DNA of 61,895 nucleotides, filler included. It is 6 parts of 6 records of this genome, joined end to end, with 100 filler letters (N's around TTAATTAATTAA, not from the genome) between each part and the next. Parts side by side here need not be neighbours in the genome. Positions count along the whole stretch, not along the records: positions 24,354 to 31,308 come from SRR31156797_16849; positions 31,409 to 53,201 come from SRR31156797_16856; 4 more parts are not named here. One strand, written 5' to 3'. The notes below the pieces were generated by a model, which did no database searches, was not told the DNA's origin, and saw only the letters and a program-made list of their open reading frames with translations. Position 1 is the stretch's first letter, and every line of letters starts with the position of its first letter. The translations under genes were made by a program, and so were the position numbers. This document shows positions 28,961-39,168 of the stretch, one piece after another.

Positions 28961-30070
28961 TTATTTCTTCCCTGTAGTTTTTTTAAAAAATAATTTTACT
29001 TTTGTTCCCCTATTCTCTATAGAGTCAATCTCTAATTTTATATTATATTTATTACAAATCGAATTTACTATATCTAGCCCTATTCCAAAGCCACCTTCAC
29101 TAGAATTAGCTCTATAGTATCTACTTTTGATCTGTTTTAAACTTTGTTCATCAATCCCTACACCAAAATCTTCAACACTCATCTGATGCTCTTTTACTAT
29201 AATATTTATCTTACTATTTGGTTTTGAGTATTTTAAAGCATTGGTGATGATGTTATTGACAAGCCTTTTTGCACTCTCGCTATCAATGCTAAGGGATACT
29301 TTTTCTAGATCAAGAACTAACTCTATCTTTTTACTTTTTGCATACCCTTCTAATAAAATCAGCTGTTCTTCGATGATCTTTTTTAGATCAATCTTTTGAA
29401 GTTCATACTCTTCTGTTAACTCATCTTTTAAAAGATAACATAGATCATCATAGATATTTGATATGCGGTTACTACTTATTTTAATACGCTCTTTTACTTT
29501 TGTATCTTCACCTTTTAAAGAAGCGACACTCATTAAAAGTGCTGAGATAGGGGTATTGAGTTCATGGGTAGTATCTTTAATAAACTTATCTAATCGCTCC
29601 CTCTCTCCTGCAATAGGTTTTAAAAAAAGTCTACTTAAAAAATACCCTACAAGGGAAATAAACCCCATAGCCAATAAAGTATATAAAATAATTTGCCCTT
29701 TTAGATCTTCTATATCTTGAAATACGATTTTATTTTGCAAAACAATATATTTGATTCCAAGATGTAGATGAGCCGATTGATCTATCACATATAATGTCTC
29801 TTTTTCTTGATAAACACTTTTTGTAAAATCAACCCCATCTATATCATCCCCATATAAAAGATTAAATCTATTTGAATACATCCCTATTTTATAATTTGTT
29901 TCATTAGTATAATCAAAGCTTTTTCCATACATATGAGAAGCGATTGCTTTAGCTGCGATTGAAGAAGCATATGTTCTCATATTGTCTCTTTGATTATCGA
30001 TCATTGATTGTGAAAGTGTATGAAAATAAAGCAATGCTATCACTATAATCAATGAAAAAGAGGAACCCAA
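28961..30070 (-). CDS. Sensor histidine kinase (HisKA plus HATPase_c, CrdS-like)
   Basis: Two TM helices, DTTHELNTP, NIITNALKY, VEDFGVGI, GGFGIGL; true start may be further upstream (30124). Confidence 0.9.
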   Translation of the reverse strand: MGSSFSLIIVIALLYFHTLSQSMIDNQRDNMRTYASSIAAKAIASHMYGKSFDYTNETNYKIGMYSNRFNLLYGDDIDGVDFTKSVYQEKETLYVIDQSAHLHLGIKYIVLQNKIVFQDIEDLKGQIILYTLLAMGFISLVGYFLSRLFLKPIAGERERLDKFIKDTTHELNTPISALLMSVASLKGEDTKVKERIKISSNRISNIYDDLCYLLKDELTEEYELQKIDLKKIIEEQLILLEGYAKSKKIELVLDLEKVSLSIDSESAKRLVNNIITNALKYSKPNSKINIIVKEHQMSVEDFGVGIDEQSLKQIKSRYYRANSSEGGFGIGLDIVNSICNKYNIKLEIDSIENRGTKVKLFFKKTTGKK

Positions 30071-30104
30071 ATAAAGAGTTAAAAAGCTAAAAAAAGATTT
30101 TCTT

Positions 30105-30761
30105 TCAAGATTTGATAAAACGATATCCCACTCCTTTTATAGTTTCAATTTTTTCATTTCCAAGAATTTTTCTAAGATTTTTAATATAGGTTCGAAGTGT
30201 TGCATCACTTGGGTAGTTATCATACGCCCAAATATTACCACACAGTTCATCATTGGATACTGCTTTTGAGTGGTTTTTTGCCAAATATTTTAAAATAGCA
30301 AACTCTTTTTCTCTTATAGGTTTTTCAATACCATCTATGATGATCATATGCTTTGCTTTATCAAGAGCAATATCTGAATCAATCATAATATTATCATCAA
30401 GTTTATAAATACGCTTGAGATTATCAAGTCTTAATTCAAGTTCATCAAGCTCAAATGGCTTTTTAATATAATCATCACAACCACTTTGAAAGCCAAGTTT
30501 CATATCATTTATGTCGTTTAAAGCAGTGATAAATATAGTTGGGGTATTGTTCCCACTTCTTCTAATCTCTTCTAAAAACTCAAAACCATTTCCATTTGGT
30601 ACATTCACATCAAATAAAAATAGATCATAGATTGAATGCTCAATATAGTTCTCAGCTTCAACAATATCAAAAGCATAATCAACACTATATTTTTTTGATT
30701 CTAAATATTCTTTTACTATATCAGCAATTATTGGATCATCTTCAAGAAATAAAATTTTCAT
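30105..30761 (-). CDS. OmpR-family response regulator (CrdR-like)
   Basis: LEDD, FDVNVP, FITA, DDYIKKPF, LRTYIKNLRK, IETIKGVGY. Confidence 0.92.
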   Translation of the reverse strand: MKILFLEDDPIIADIVKEYLESKKYSVDYAFDIVEAENYIEHSIYDLFLFDVNVPNGNGFEFLEEIRRSGNNTPTIFITALNDINDMKLGFQSGCDDYIKKPFELDELELRLDNLKRIYKLDDNIMIDSDIALDKAKHMIIIDGIEKPIREKEFAILKYLAKNHSKAVSNDELCGNIWAYDNYPSDATLRTYIKNLRKILGNEKIETIKGVGYRFIKS

Positions 30762-30835
30762 AACTTCTCTTTTTTATTTAATTCTATCAGCTTTAAGTAT
30801 ATGAAATACTTAGTCTACCTAATTTATAACTCTTA

Positions 30836-30844
30836 TGCTATAAT
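30836..30844 (+). promoter_or_regulatory. Extended -10 element 6 nt upstream of ribE ATG
   Basis: TGCTATAAT-CCTTTT-ATG; no Shine-Dalgarno. Confidence 0.6.
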
Positions 30845-30850
30845 CCTTTT

Positions 30851-31308
30851 ATGTTTACAGGTTTAATAAGAGAGATGGCAACAGTAGTGAGCTTTTCTAA
30901 TAATACTTTAAGAGTAAGATCAATTTATATCCCAAAGATTGGAGATAGTATCGCTATCAATGGAGCTTGCCTTACAGCAACCCAAATTTTTCATGACGGC
31001 TTTAGTGTAGAACTTTCTCCAGAGTCTCAAAATATCTTAGCGATGGAAAACTATAAAGATCAAGTGCATATGGAACCAGCTATGATGATGGGAGATCGAT
31101 TTGAGGGGCATATTGTCCAAGGTCATGTGGATTGTCTAGGAACTATTACAAATATTATCAATAATGGGAACTCAACTGATTTTTATATTTCACTTCCTAA
31201 AAAATATATCGCTTATGTGATCCCAAAAGGCTCGATCACTATTGATGGAGTAAGTTTAACGGTAAATGAAGTTTTACAGAGTGAGTTTCGATTGACCATT
31301 ATTCCCCA
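30851..31308 (+). CDS. ribE: Riboflavin synthase (alpha chain), 3' truncated
   Basis: MFTGL, GDSIAINGACLT, GHIVQGHVD, KGSITIDGVSLTV. Confidence 0.93.
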
Positions 31309-31408
31309 NNNNNNNNNNNNNNNNNNNNNNNNNNNNNNNNNNNNNNNNNNNNTTAATTAATTAANNNNNNNNNNNNNNNNNNNNNNNNNNNNNNNNNNNN
31401 NNNNNNNN
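31309..31408. other. Artificial contig linker 4
   Basis: Same 100-nt N/TTAATTAATTAA linker. Confidence 0.98.
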
Positions 31409-31435
31409 CGCGGCTACCAATTACGCCACATCCGC
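31409..31435 (-). tRNA. tRNA 5' part, probably tRNA-Leu; anticodon lost at contig end
   Basis: GCGGATGTGGCGTAATTGGTAGCCGCG, Leu-type D-arm. Confidence 0.8.
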
Positions 31436-31453
31436 GTTATTTTTTTTGCGATG

Positions 31454-31486
31454 CAAAGATAACTTCTTTTTTATCTTTTATGCAAA
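31454..31486 (-). promoter_or_regulatory. Bacteroidota -33/-7 promoter of the tRNA
   Basis: TTTG-21 nt-TATCTTTG on minus strand. Confidence 0.7.
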
Positions 31487-31529
31487 TTTTATTTCAAAAA
31501 AATTAAATTTATTTACTTCTCCTTAAGTA

Positions 31530-32291
31530 TCAGCCTCCTATATCAAATGTTCTTCGTTTTAATTCAAAGTCATTCCCTAAATAAAGCCTTCTAACTTCAG
31601 GATCTTCAGCTAATTCTTCAGCCGTTCCTGCTTTTAATATATTACCTTCAAATAACAAATAGGCTCTATCAGTAATTGAAAGTGTCTCGTGTACGTTATG
31701 ATCGGTAATTAATATTCCAATATTCTTGTACTTAAGTTTAGCTACAATTTCCTGAATATCCTGCACGGCAATAGGGTCAACACCTGCAAAAGGCTCATCT
31801 AACAAAATAAACTTTGGATTTATAGCTAATGCCCGTGCAATTTCACATCTACGTCTTTCTCCTCCTGAAAGCTGAATCCCTAAACTTTTGCGAATATGCC
31901 CTAAACTAAATTCATCTAATAATTCTTCCAGTCTTTCTTTTTGATACTCTTTACTAAAGTTAGTCATCTCCAGCACAGCCTTAATATTATCCTCAATACT
32001 GAGCTTTCTAAAAACCGAAGCTTCTTGCGCAAGATATCCAATTCCTCTTTGCGCCCTTTTATAAACTGGCTCTTTGGTTATAACTGTGTCATTTAAATAA
32101 ATTTCGCCGGAATTGGGAGTTACCAAACCTACCGTCATATAAAAGGTAGTAGTCTTACCTGCACCATTTGGACCTAACAGTCCAACAATCTCGCCCTGTT
32201 CCACTTTTACTGAAACTCCTTTAACTACAGTTCGGCTTTTATATTTCTTTACCAAATTATCGGTATGTAAAACCAGATTTTCTTCTGACAT
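31530..32291 (-). CDS. lptB: LPS export ABC transporter ATP-binding protein
   Basis: [48 protein letters not shown]. Confidence 0.95.
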   Translation of the reverse strand: MSEENLVLHTDNLVKKYKSRTVVKGVSVKVEQGEIVGLLGPNGAGKTTTFYMTVGLVTPNSGEIYLNDTVITKEPVYKRAQRGIGYLAQEASVFRKLSIEDNIKAVLEMTNFSKEYQKERLEELLDEFSLGHIRKSLGIQLSGGERRRCEIARALAINPKFILLDEPFAGVDPIAVQDIQEIVAKLKYKNIGILITDHNVHETLSITDRAYLLFEGNILKAGTAEELAEDPEVRRLYLGNDFELKRRTFDIGG

Positions 32292-32314
32292 AACTTTCTT
32301 TTAAATCGTAAGCA

Positions 32315-33127
32315 TTACGAAAGGTTTCTTTCTTTTTTTCTCTCAATGTTCCTAGCAATTAATATGCCGCCTTCATACAAAAATATAAGAGGAAAACACA
32401 CTAACACCTGACTAATTACATCTGGAGGTGTAATAATAGCAGCCAACAATAAACTAACAATGATAGCATGCCTTCGGTATTTCTTCAATGTTAAACTTGA
32501 AACCAGCCCCACTTTTGCTAAAAAATATATTAAGATAGGAAGCTCAAAAATAATCCCACCTGCTAACACAATAGACGTTATTGTTGATATGTAAGACCCC
32601 AAACTTAAAATGTTCTCAACCTTATCACTCACATGGTAATTTGCCAAAAAATGAACAGACAATGGACAAATAACATAATAGGCAAACAGTATACCTACTG
32701 AAAATAAAATAGATGCAAAAAAAATAGCTCCACGAGAATGCTTCAATTCCTGCTGCTGAAGAGCCGGTTTAATAAAACGCCAAAACTCCCAAAAGATATA
32801 CGGAAAAGCTCCCACCAAACCAACTATAAATGAAACCTTTAAATGCGTAGTAAACTGACCAGCCATTTGGATATTTTGAAAGTCAATTTCTTTCTGATTA
32901 ATACTTAAAGCTGGCATATTAAGTTGATCCGCTAGTATAGACAACATGTGATTAGAATAAAAATCAGGCTGACTAGGACCAAAAATAATGATATCAAATA
33001 CAACTTCCTTAAACACAAAAGCTAATATAGCTACCACAAACACAGACACAAAGGAACGAACTAAATGCCACCTCAATACTTCAAGATGCTCTAAAAATGT
33101 CATATCATCTGTTTGTGAATTACTCAT
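32315..33127 (-). CDS. tatC: Twin-arginine translocase subunit TatC
   Basis: MTFLEHLEVLR, FIKPAL, FELP, AIITPPD, LYE; start re-called at 33127. Confidence 0.93.
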   Translation of the reverse strand: MSNSQTDDMTFLEHLEVLRWHLVRSFVSVFVVAILAFVFKEVVFDIIIFGPSQPDFYSNHMLSILADQLNMPALSINQKEIDFQNIQMAGQFTTHLKVSFIVGLVGAFPYIFWEFWRFIKPALQQQELKHSRGAIFFASILFSVGILFAYYVICPLSVHFLANYHVSDKVENILSLGSYISTITSIVLAGGIIFELPILIYFLAKVGLVSSLTLKKYRRHAIIVSLLLAAIITPPDVISQVLVCFPLIFLYEGGILIARNIERKKERNLS

Positions 33128-33432
33128 TATTAATGTCTTCTTTTTAGTATCTATAGCTATTATTTTATATCGGTTGCGAAGATAACATAGTAATTTAACA
33201 ATGCCAATATACGATTTCTCCACATTTTGTATTAACTTTCACATTCTTTGAGAACTACAGTCTATAAAGCTGATATTTCATATGTTGGAGTAGCGCCCCA
33301 GCAATTTTTTATATATAAATGCGTTATTTTATCGAAGAAAAAGTATTTTTGTTCGACGCGTTGTGGAGAATTAATATTGTTGTCGATCTAATATCGTGCT
33401 AACTTGCACTTTAGACGGATAATTATTTTGTT

Positions 33433-35613
33433 ATGGGAAAAAAGGTTGATCTTGGAGCTCATCTGAAGAAACATTTTGGTTTCGATACCTTTAAAGGTAA
33501 CCAAGAAGAAGTTATTGAAAATATACTAAAAGGGAATGATACATTTGTATTGATGCCTACAGGTGGAGGTAAGTCGTTGTGCTATCAACTACCCTCACTT
33601 ATCCTTCCTGGTACAGCCATCATTATTTCTCCTTTGATTGCGTTAATGAAAAATCAGGTTGATGCTATGCGTAATTTCAGTGAAGATGATGGTATAGCTC
33701 ACTTCTTAAATTCATCGTTAACTAAGGCCGCAATTAATAAGGTTAAAGAAGATATGCTATCCGGTAAAACAAAACTACTTTACGTAGCTCCGGAATCTTT
33801 AACCAAAGAGGAAAATATAGAATTTCTAAAACAAGTTGAAATCTCATTCTATGCCGTTGATGAGGCACACTGTATCTCTGAATGGGGACATGATTTCAGA
33901 CCTGAGTATAGACGAATTAGACCTATTATTGAAGAAATTGGTTCAAAACCATTGATTGCGCTAACAGCAACGGCAACACCTAAGGTACAAAGCGATATTC
34001 AAAAAAGCTTAGGAATGAGCAATGCGTTGGTGTTTAAATCTTCATTTAACAGACCTAACTTGTTTTATGAAGTACGCCCTAAGAAACACGCCACCAAGCA
34101 AATCATCAAAATCCTTAAAGAGAATACTGGCAAATCAGCCATCATATATTGCCTAAGTCGTAAAAAGGTAGAAGAACTGGCAGAAACATTAATTGTAAAC
34201 GGGATTAAAGCCAGAGCATATCATGCCGGAATGGATGCCGCCACCAGAGCAGGCAACCAGGATGCATTTTTGATGGAAGAAACTGATGTTATCGTAGCTA
34301 CCATAGCTTTTGGTATGGGTATAGATAAACCAGATGTTCGTTTGGTTATTCACTACGACATTCCTAAAAGTCTGGAAGGATATTATCAGGAAACCGGACG
34401 TGCAGGTCGCGATGGTGGAGAAGGGAAATGTATTACTTTCTACAGCTACAAAGACATTCAGAAGTTGGAAAAATTTATGCAAGGAAAACCTATTGCTGAA
34501 CAGGAAATAGGCAAACAGCTATTGCTTGAGACGGTTTCTTACGCTGAATCTTCCATATGTAGACGTAAAATTCTTTTACATTATTTTGGAGAAAAACACA
34601 AAGAAAACAATTGCGACACTTGTGATAATTGCTGCAACCCCAAAGAACAATCAGAAGGCAAGGACAATGTAGCATTAATGCTATCCACTATACTTGAACT
34701 TAAAGAACGATTTAAGGCTGATTATATAGTTCCATTTCTTGCTGGACATAGCAACTCAACTATAAAATCCTATAAACACGAGACTCATCCACTGTTTGGG
34801 AAAGGCAAGGAGAAAGAAGAAAAATATTGGAATGCCGTTATTCGACAACTATTAGTTGCAGGTTTGTTAATCAAGGAAATTGAGAACTACGGCATTTTAA
34901 AAGTGAGTGATTCCGGAAAAGAATTTATCGACAATCCAAAATCATTCATGATCACCCAGGAGCATGATTTTGAAACTGATGACGTTGAAGAAAAAGCCGT
35001 TGGAGGAACTGCAGCAGTAGATCCTCAACTCTTTAATATGCTGAAAGATTTAAGGAAAAAGATTTCCAAACTAAAAAATCTTCCTCCATTCGTCATCTTC
35101 CAGGATCCTTCTCTTGAAGCGATGGCCATTCATTATCCAATTACATTGGAAGAAATGATGAATATTCCAGGCGTTGGATCTGGAAAAGCGAATCGTTTTG
35201 GTAAAGAATTCGTTAAGCTCATCAAATCTCACGTTGAGGAAAACGAAATCGAACGCCCTGTTGACATGGTAGTGAAAACTGTGGCCAATAAATCAAAAAA
35301 TAAAATTGCCATAATTCAGAGTATAGACAGAAAAATTCCTTTGGACGACATTGCCAGCTCCCGTGGAATTGAAATGAATGAGTTACTTACAGAAATTGAA
35401 TCCATCGTTTATTCCGGGACAAGAGTAAATATTGACTATTACATCGATCAGATTATGGACGATGATCACCGCGATGACATCTTCTATTATTTTAAAGAAG
35501 ACGCTGAAACAGATGACATTGCCAGTGCTCTCGAAGAATTAGGCGAAGATGAATATTCCGAAGAAAACATCCGTCTGGTTAGAGTTAAATTCATTTCCGA
35601 GGTAGGTAACTAA
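33433..35613 (+). CDS. recQ: ATP-dependent DNA helicase RecQ
   Basis: MPTGGGKS, DEAHCISEWGHDFRP, QETGRAGRDG, Zn-binding cysteines, RQC and HRDC regions. Confidence 0.96.
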   Translation: MGKKVDLGAHLKKHFGFDTFKGNQEEVIENILKGNDTFVLMPTGGGKSLCYQLPSLILPGTAIIISPLIALMKNQVDAMRNFSEDDGIAHFLNSSLTKAAINKVKEDMLSGKTKLLYVAPESLTKEENIEFLKQVEISFYAVDEAHCISEWGHDFRPEYRRIRPIIEEIGSKPLIALTATATPKVQSDIQKSLGMSNALVFKSSFNRPNLFYEVRPKKHATKQIIKILKENTGKSAIIYCLSRKKVEELAETLIVNGIKARAYHAGMDAATRAGNQDAFLMEETDVIVATIAFGMGIDKPDVRLVIHYDIPKSLEGYYQETGRAGRDGGEGKCITFYSYKDIQKLEKFMQGKPIAEQEIGKQLLLETVSYAESSICRRKILLHYFGEKHKENNCDTCDNCCNPKEQSEGKDNVALMLSTILELKERFKADYIVPFLAGHSNSTIKSYKHETHPLFGKGKEKEEKYWNAVIRQLLVAGLLIKEIENYGILKVSDSGKEFIDNPKSFMITQEHDFETDDVEEKAVGGTAAVDPQLFNMLKDLRKKISKLKNLPPFVIFQDPSLEAMAIHYPITLEEMMNIPGVGSGKANRFGKEFVKLIKSHVEENEIERPVDMVVKTVANKSKNKIAIIQSIDRKIPLDDIASSRGIEMNELLTEIESIVYSGTRVNIDYYIDQIMDDDHRDDIFYYFKEDAETDDIASALEELGEDEYSEENIRLVRVKFISEVGN

Positions 35614-37625
35614 AATTTATATTGAAGCTGAACTTTAATTGTGGTTCGGGTATTTCCTTCTATTTCCTGAAGCCCCGAACCAATTGCTTCTTTATTATAA
35701 TAAAAAGTTCGACCTCCTTTAATCCAGCATTTTAGATTCTGAAACAACTGATATTTTAACATGGCATAAACTCTTACGCCATCTTCCTGAAATGACGGAA
35801 TCGAGAAATTATAAAGCAAATCATTCTCGTAAGTATAAATTCTTGAATCATAATCATCCGTATTAAATCTAACATAGCGAAACCAAAAACCAAGTTTATT
35901 ATTTAAAGATTTATATTTACACCCAACAAACGCAAGCACACCATCTGAATACTCATTTTCAATTTGATAATAGGAGCGTTCTATCCTACTTTGCAAGCTC
36001 CACTTTTCATTGATCTTCATATCTGTATGAGCCCTAATTTTCTTTAGGTTTTGTATTGCAGTTGGATAACCCAAAGCTTCGGCACTATTAAAATTTACAC
36101 TCTTCTCCTTTTCTTTATAAAGTAGATACAAATTAAAATGAGAGTTAAACTCTCGTTCTATCTGAAAAAGTAAATCGTAACCATTAGCTGGCTGATCGAC
36201 CTGGTATTTTAACCAATTAGTTTTAAACAAATCAACATAGGCTTTTACCTCAGTATTTTCAAAAGGCCAAACGGTTAATCCTATATAATAACCTGATTCC
36301 CCGGCTGCATTAGAATTCTCAGTAAAAGAATTTTGCCATGGAGCATAATAGTCAACTGAAAAATATCGATAGAGTATCGCTAAAGAAACATAAGAAACAG
36401 GTTTAATCTGCAGACCATTCATAAGCGCATATCCTCCTTTAGAATCAAAAGCAACATCGCCAAATCCAACAAACTTATCATGCCCCCACAAGTAACTTCC
36501 CCAGTAGTTTAGCGATTTAGGTTTCATGTTAAGATTCACTTTATATATTTCATCTAAATGAATGGAGTCAACATCATACTCCTGATAAACTACTCCAAGT
36601 GAAAGATTAAGCTTTTTGAAACTATAATCAAGATTAATTCCCAACACATATTGATCAACTACATTTTTCTTCTGAAGTTCTGCTGACGTTCTATGATATC
36701 CTGTTTCCGGAAATGAAGTAGCCATTATCTTTAGCGAATCATCATAATAACTTAAAGAAGCATCTCTTTCCCGATATGATCCAAAAACAGAACTCTTCCA
36801 GCTTCCTTTCCCTATAGTTATTCCACCTCCTCTTAAATATAAACTTTCGTTTGCAGAGGAATATTGACGTAAACCACTTCCTCGCTTTCTAATCGACAAT
36901 GGGTCTGTTGTTTTTCCCATACTACTTCCAGTCCACATAGCCAATCCTTGGCCAAAGTTGGCATGATAATCTCCAAGCACAACATACTTAATAAACTTCT
37001 TACTTTCATAACTCACATATGCAGAAGTAAAATCGGCAGGCCAATTTTGCTCACCGGCATCTTTATCTAAAACAAATCCGCATCGTACATTTTTCCCATA
37101 TCGCAACTGAAATTTTGAATATAAATGATGTTTATTTCCTAAATAACTATTTGAAGATGTATCACTTTGATATCCGTTCGCGGTTTCCCAATCAAACTGA
37201 TCGCGCACAATTCCATATCCATTTAAATATTTCTTTTCATTCGCTACATCACCAGAAGGTTCAATTTTAGCAAACAGCAACAATCGCTTAATATCTATTA
37301 AGGAAAGTGAAGAAATACCTTGCAGTTGATATTTTGAACTTAAGGGGCCATAATCCTGAATATATTCGTAAAGACTTTTAATCTGCAAATCGCTTAGAAA
37401 GATCAATTTTTCCAGTTGATCGTAGGTGGCATCGTTCAAGGATATTGGACTTCCATACAAATCAATTAAATCATCAAACAAACTAGATTCTGCATTTATA
37501 TCAATATCAATCTCAGCTAATGACTCCAACACCTGCATCACAACCTCTTCCGGATTTAACCGTTGCTGTGCATATATACTGCTAAATCCTATAACAACAC
37601 AAAGTATAACAACAATATTCCTCAT
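35610..37625 (-). CDS. Secreted helix-hairpin-helix (ComEA-like) domain protein with C-terminal outer-membrane beta-barrel
   Basis: Signal peptide, PISLNDATYDQLEKL..YGPLSSKYQLQGI, DKDAGE, LGDYHANFGQGL, RIYTYENDLLY, terminal VQLQYKF. Confidence 0.75.
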   Translation of the reverse strand: MRNIVVILCVVIGFSSIYAQQRLNPEEVVMQVLESLAEIDIDINAESSLFDDLIDLYGSPISLNDATYDQLEKLIFLSDLQIKSLYEYIQDYGPLSSKYQLQGISSLSLIDIKRLLLFAKIEPSGDVANEKKYLNGYGIVRDQFDWETANGYQSDTSSNSYLGNKHHLYSKFQLRYGKNVRCGFVLDKDAGEQNWPADFTSAYVSYESKKFIKYVVLGDYHANFGQGLAMWTGSSMGKTTDPLSIRKRGSGLRQYSSANESLYLRGGGITIGKGSWKSSVFGSYRERDASLSYYDDSLKIMATSFPETGYHRTSAELQKKNVVDQYVLGINLDYSFKKLNLSLGVVYQEYDVDSIHLDEIYKVNLNMKPKSLNYWGSYLWGHDKFVGFGDVAFDSKGGYALMNGLQIKPVSYVSLAILYRYFSVDYYAPWQNSFTENSNAAGESGYYIGLTVWPFENTEVKAYVDLFKTNWLKYQVDQPANGYDLLFQIEREFNSHFNLYLLYKEKEKSVNFNSAEALGYPTAIQNLKKIRAHTDMKINEKWSLQSRIERSYYQIENEYSDGVLAFVGCKYKSLNNKLGFWFRYVRFNTDDYDSRIYTYENDLLYNFSIPSFQEDGVRVYAMLKYQLFQNLKCWIKGGRTFYYNKEAIGSGLQEIEGNTRTTIKVQLQYKF

Positions 37626-38449
37626 CGTACTTTGCTAAATGAATATGTTATGCCAAAACTGGAAGAAACGCCCAATACAGCATGATGAGCAATAGCTACA
37701 TCAAACTCAAATTGATTAAAATAAATGCCCACTCCCAGTGTGTAATTGATTGGTTTCCCTAAAACTCCCGTTCTAAGCACCACAATATCTCCAGGCTTAT
37801 ATTCCATTCCAAATTTTAACAAACTCGTATAATCACCCATTTTTTCATATTCCCCGGAAAGTTTGAATTGACTCACCGGCTTCCAACTAAAACCAAACAC
37901 AAACAAGGAAGGTATTGGAGACTCAAATTCTTCAATTGAAATACTGGACTCCTCAATATTATAAATCTGAGCACCAAAACTCAACTCAGAAGAAACATCA
38001 TAAATTATCCCCATGCTACTTACCAACTGATAACCAGAACCTGACTGCTTCATATAATGCTGAAGCACATTCATCTGAAAACCCAATGATAAGTTTGGCA
38101 TTAAATTGCGTGCGTAGGTAATTGCCACACTATTTTCCTGATATAAGTCAAATCCATATTGGTTTATGCTAAATCCAAGATTAGCCTTTTTAAAAGGAAT
38201 AACCAGTCCTAATTCTTTTTCGCTTAAGTCCTGAATAAAATAAGGAAGTAGATAAGAAATATAAATAGTAACTTCTTTAGTTTGAGAAATATTGGCAGGA
38301 TTTACTGAAGTATTTGAAAACTCACTTTGTGCAACACCTGTAGCACCTTGCCCCATAGCTTTTGGCGAACTAAAAAAATTCGATTGCCCCATTAAACCAC
38401 AAGAAATAAGAAGGCAGCAAAAACACAATAATTTACGGTTAGGTATCAT
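37622..38449 (-). CDS. Putative outer-membrane beta-barrel protein (PorV/PorQ/FadL-like)
   Basis: Signal peptide, SPKAMGQG, NPANI, amphipathic strands, FGMEY, FGITYSF; ATGA overlap with next gene; start re-called at 38449. Confidence 0.7.
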   Translation of the reverse strand: MIPNRKLLCFCCLLISCGLMGQSNFFSSPKAMGQGATGVAQSEFSNTSVNPANISQTKEVTIYISYLLPYFIQDLSEKELGLVIPFKKANLGFSINQYGFDLYQENSVAITYARNLMPNLSLGFQMNVLQHYMKQSGSGYQLVSSMGIIYDVSSELSFGAQIYNIEESSISIEEFESPIPSLFVFGFSWKPVSQFKLSGEYEKMGDYTSLLKFGMEYKPGDIVVLRTGVLGKPINYTLGVGIYFNQFEFDVAIAHHAVLGVSSSFGITYSFSKVR

Positions 38450-38541
38450 AAAAAAAGGCAACTTATTTGTTTGAAACAAAAAGTTACCTTTTAATAAATT
38501 ATATGACAAATAATTTTGTCTATTTTTTACAAAACAAAATT

Positions 38542-39048
38542 TTAATTTGTTTTGAACTCATACTTAATTTCACTTAGATCTTTATTTGCTTTTTCGATCT
38601 TCGTTTTTAAGTTTTCTTTAAATTCAGCTACTCTTTCTGCTAATTCACGATCACCTAATGAAATCATTTGAGCAGCAAGAATACCTGCGTTCTGAGCACC
38701 ATTAATCCCAACAGTCGCAACAGGAATTCCCGGAGGCATTTGCACAATAGCTAAAAGCGCATCCAATCCATCTAATGATGCTTTAATTGGTACACCGATA
38801 ATTGGTAACTTCGTCATTGAAGCTATTACCCCAGGTAAGTGAGCAGCCATCCCTGCTGCAGCAATTATTACTTTAATACCTCTATCTTCTGCACCTTTTG
38901 CAAATTTTTCCACAGCTTCTGGTGTTCTATGAGCTGATAATGCATTAATCTCAAACGGAATTTTTAAATCATTCAGCACCTGTGCGGCTTTTTCCATCAC
39001 CGGTAAATCCGATGTACTTCCCATTATTATACTAACAACTGCTTGCAT
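38542..39048 (-). CDS. purE: N5-CAIR mutase
   Basis: IIMGSTSD, SAHRTP, AGMAAHLPG, VQMPPGIPVATV. Confidence 0.96.
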   Translation of the reverse strand: MQAVVSIIMGSTSDLPVMEKAAQVLNDLKIPFEINALSAHRTPEAVEKFAKGAEDRGIKVIIAAAGMAAHLPGVIASMTKLPIIGVPIKASLDGLDALLAIVQMPPGIPVATVGINGAQNAGILAAQMISLGDRELAERVAEFKENLKTKIEKANKDLSEIKYEFKTN

Positions 39049-39081
39049 AATTAATTATTTAAATTTTTGATTAAACTGTCG

Positions 39082-39139
39082 CAAAATTAATAAGTTATAA
39101 AATAAAATAAGCCATGCTTGGTATTTTTTTGTATTTTTG
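39082..39139. promoter_or_regulatory. Divergent Bacteroidota -7 boxes for purE and hpt
   Basis: TAATTTTG on minus (39082-39089); TATTTTTG on plus (39132-39139). Confidence 0.55.
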
Positions 39140-39168
39140 CGCCATTAAAATAAAAATTTCCCCAATTA

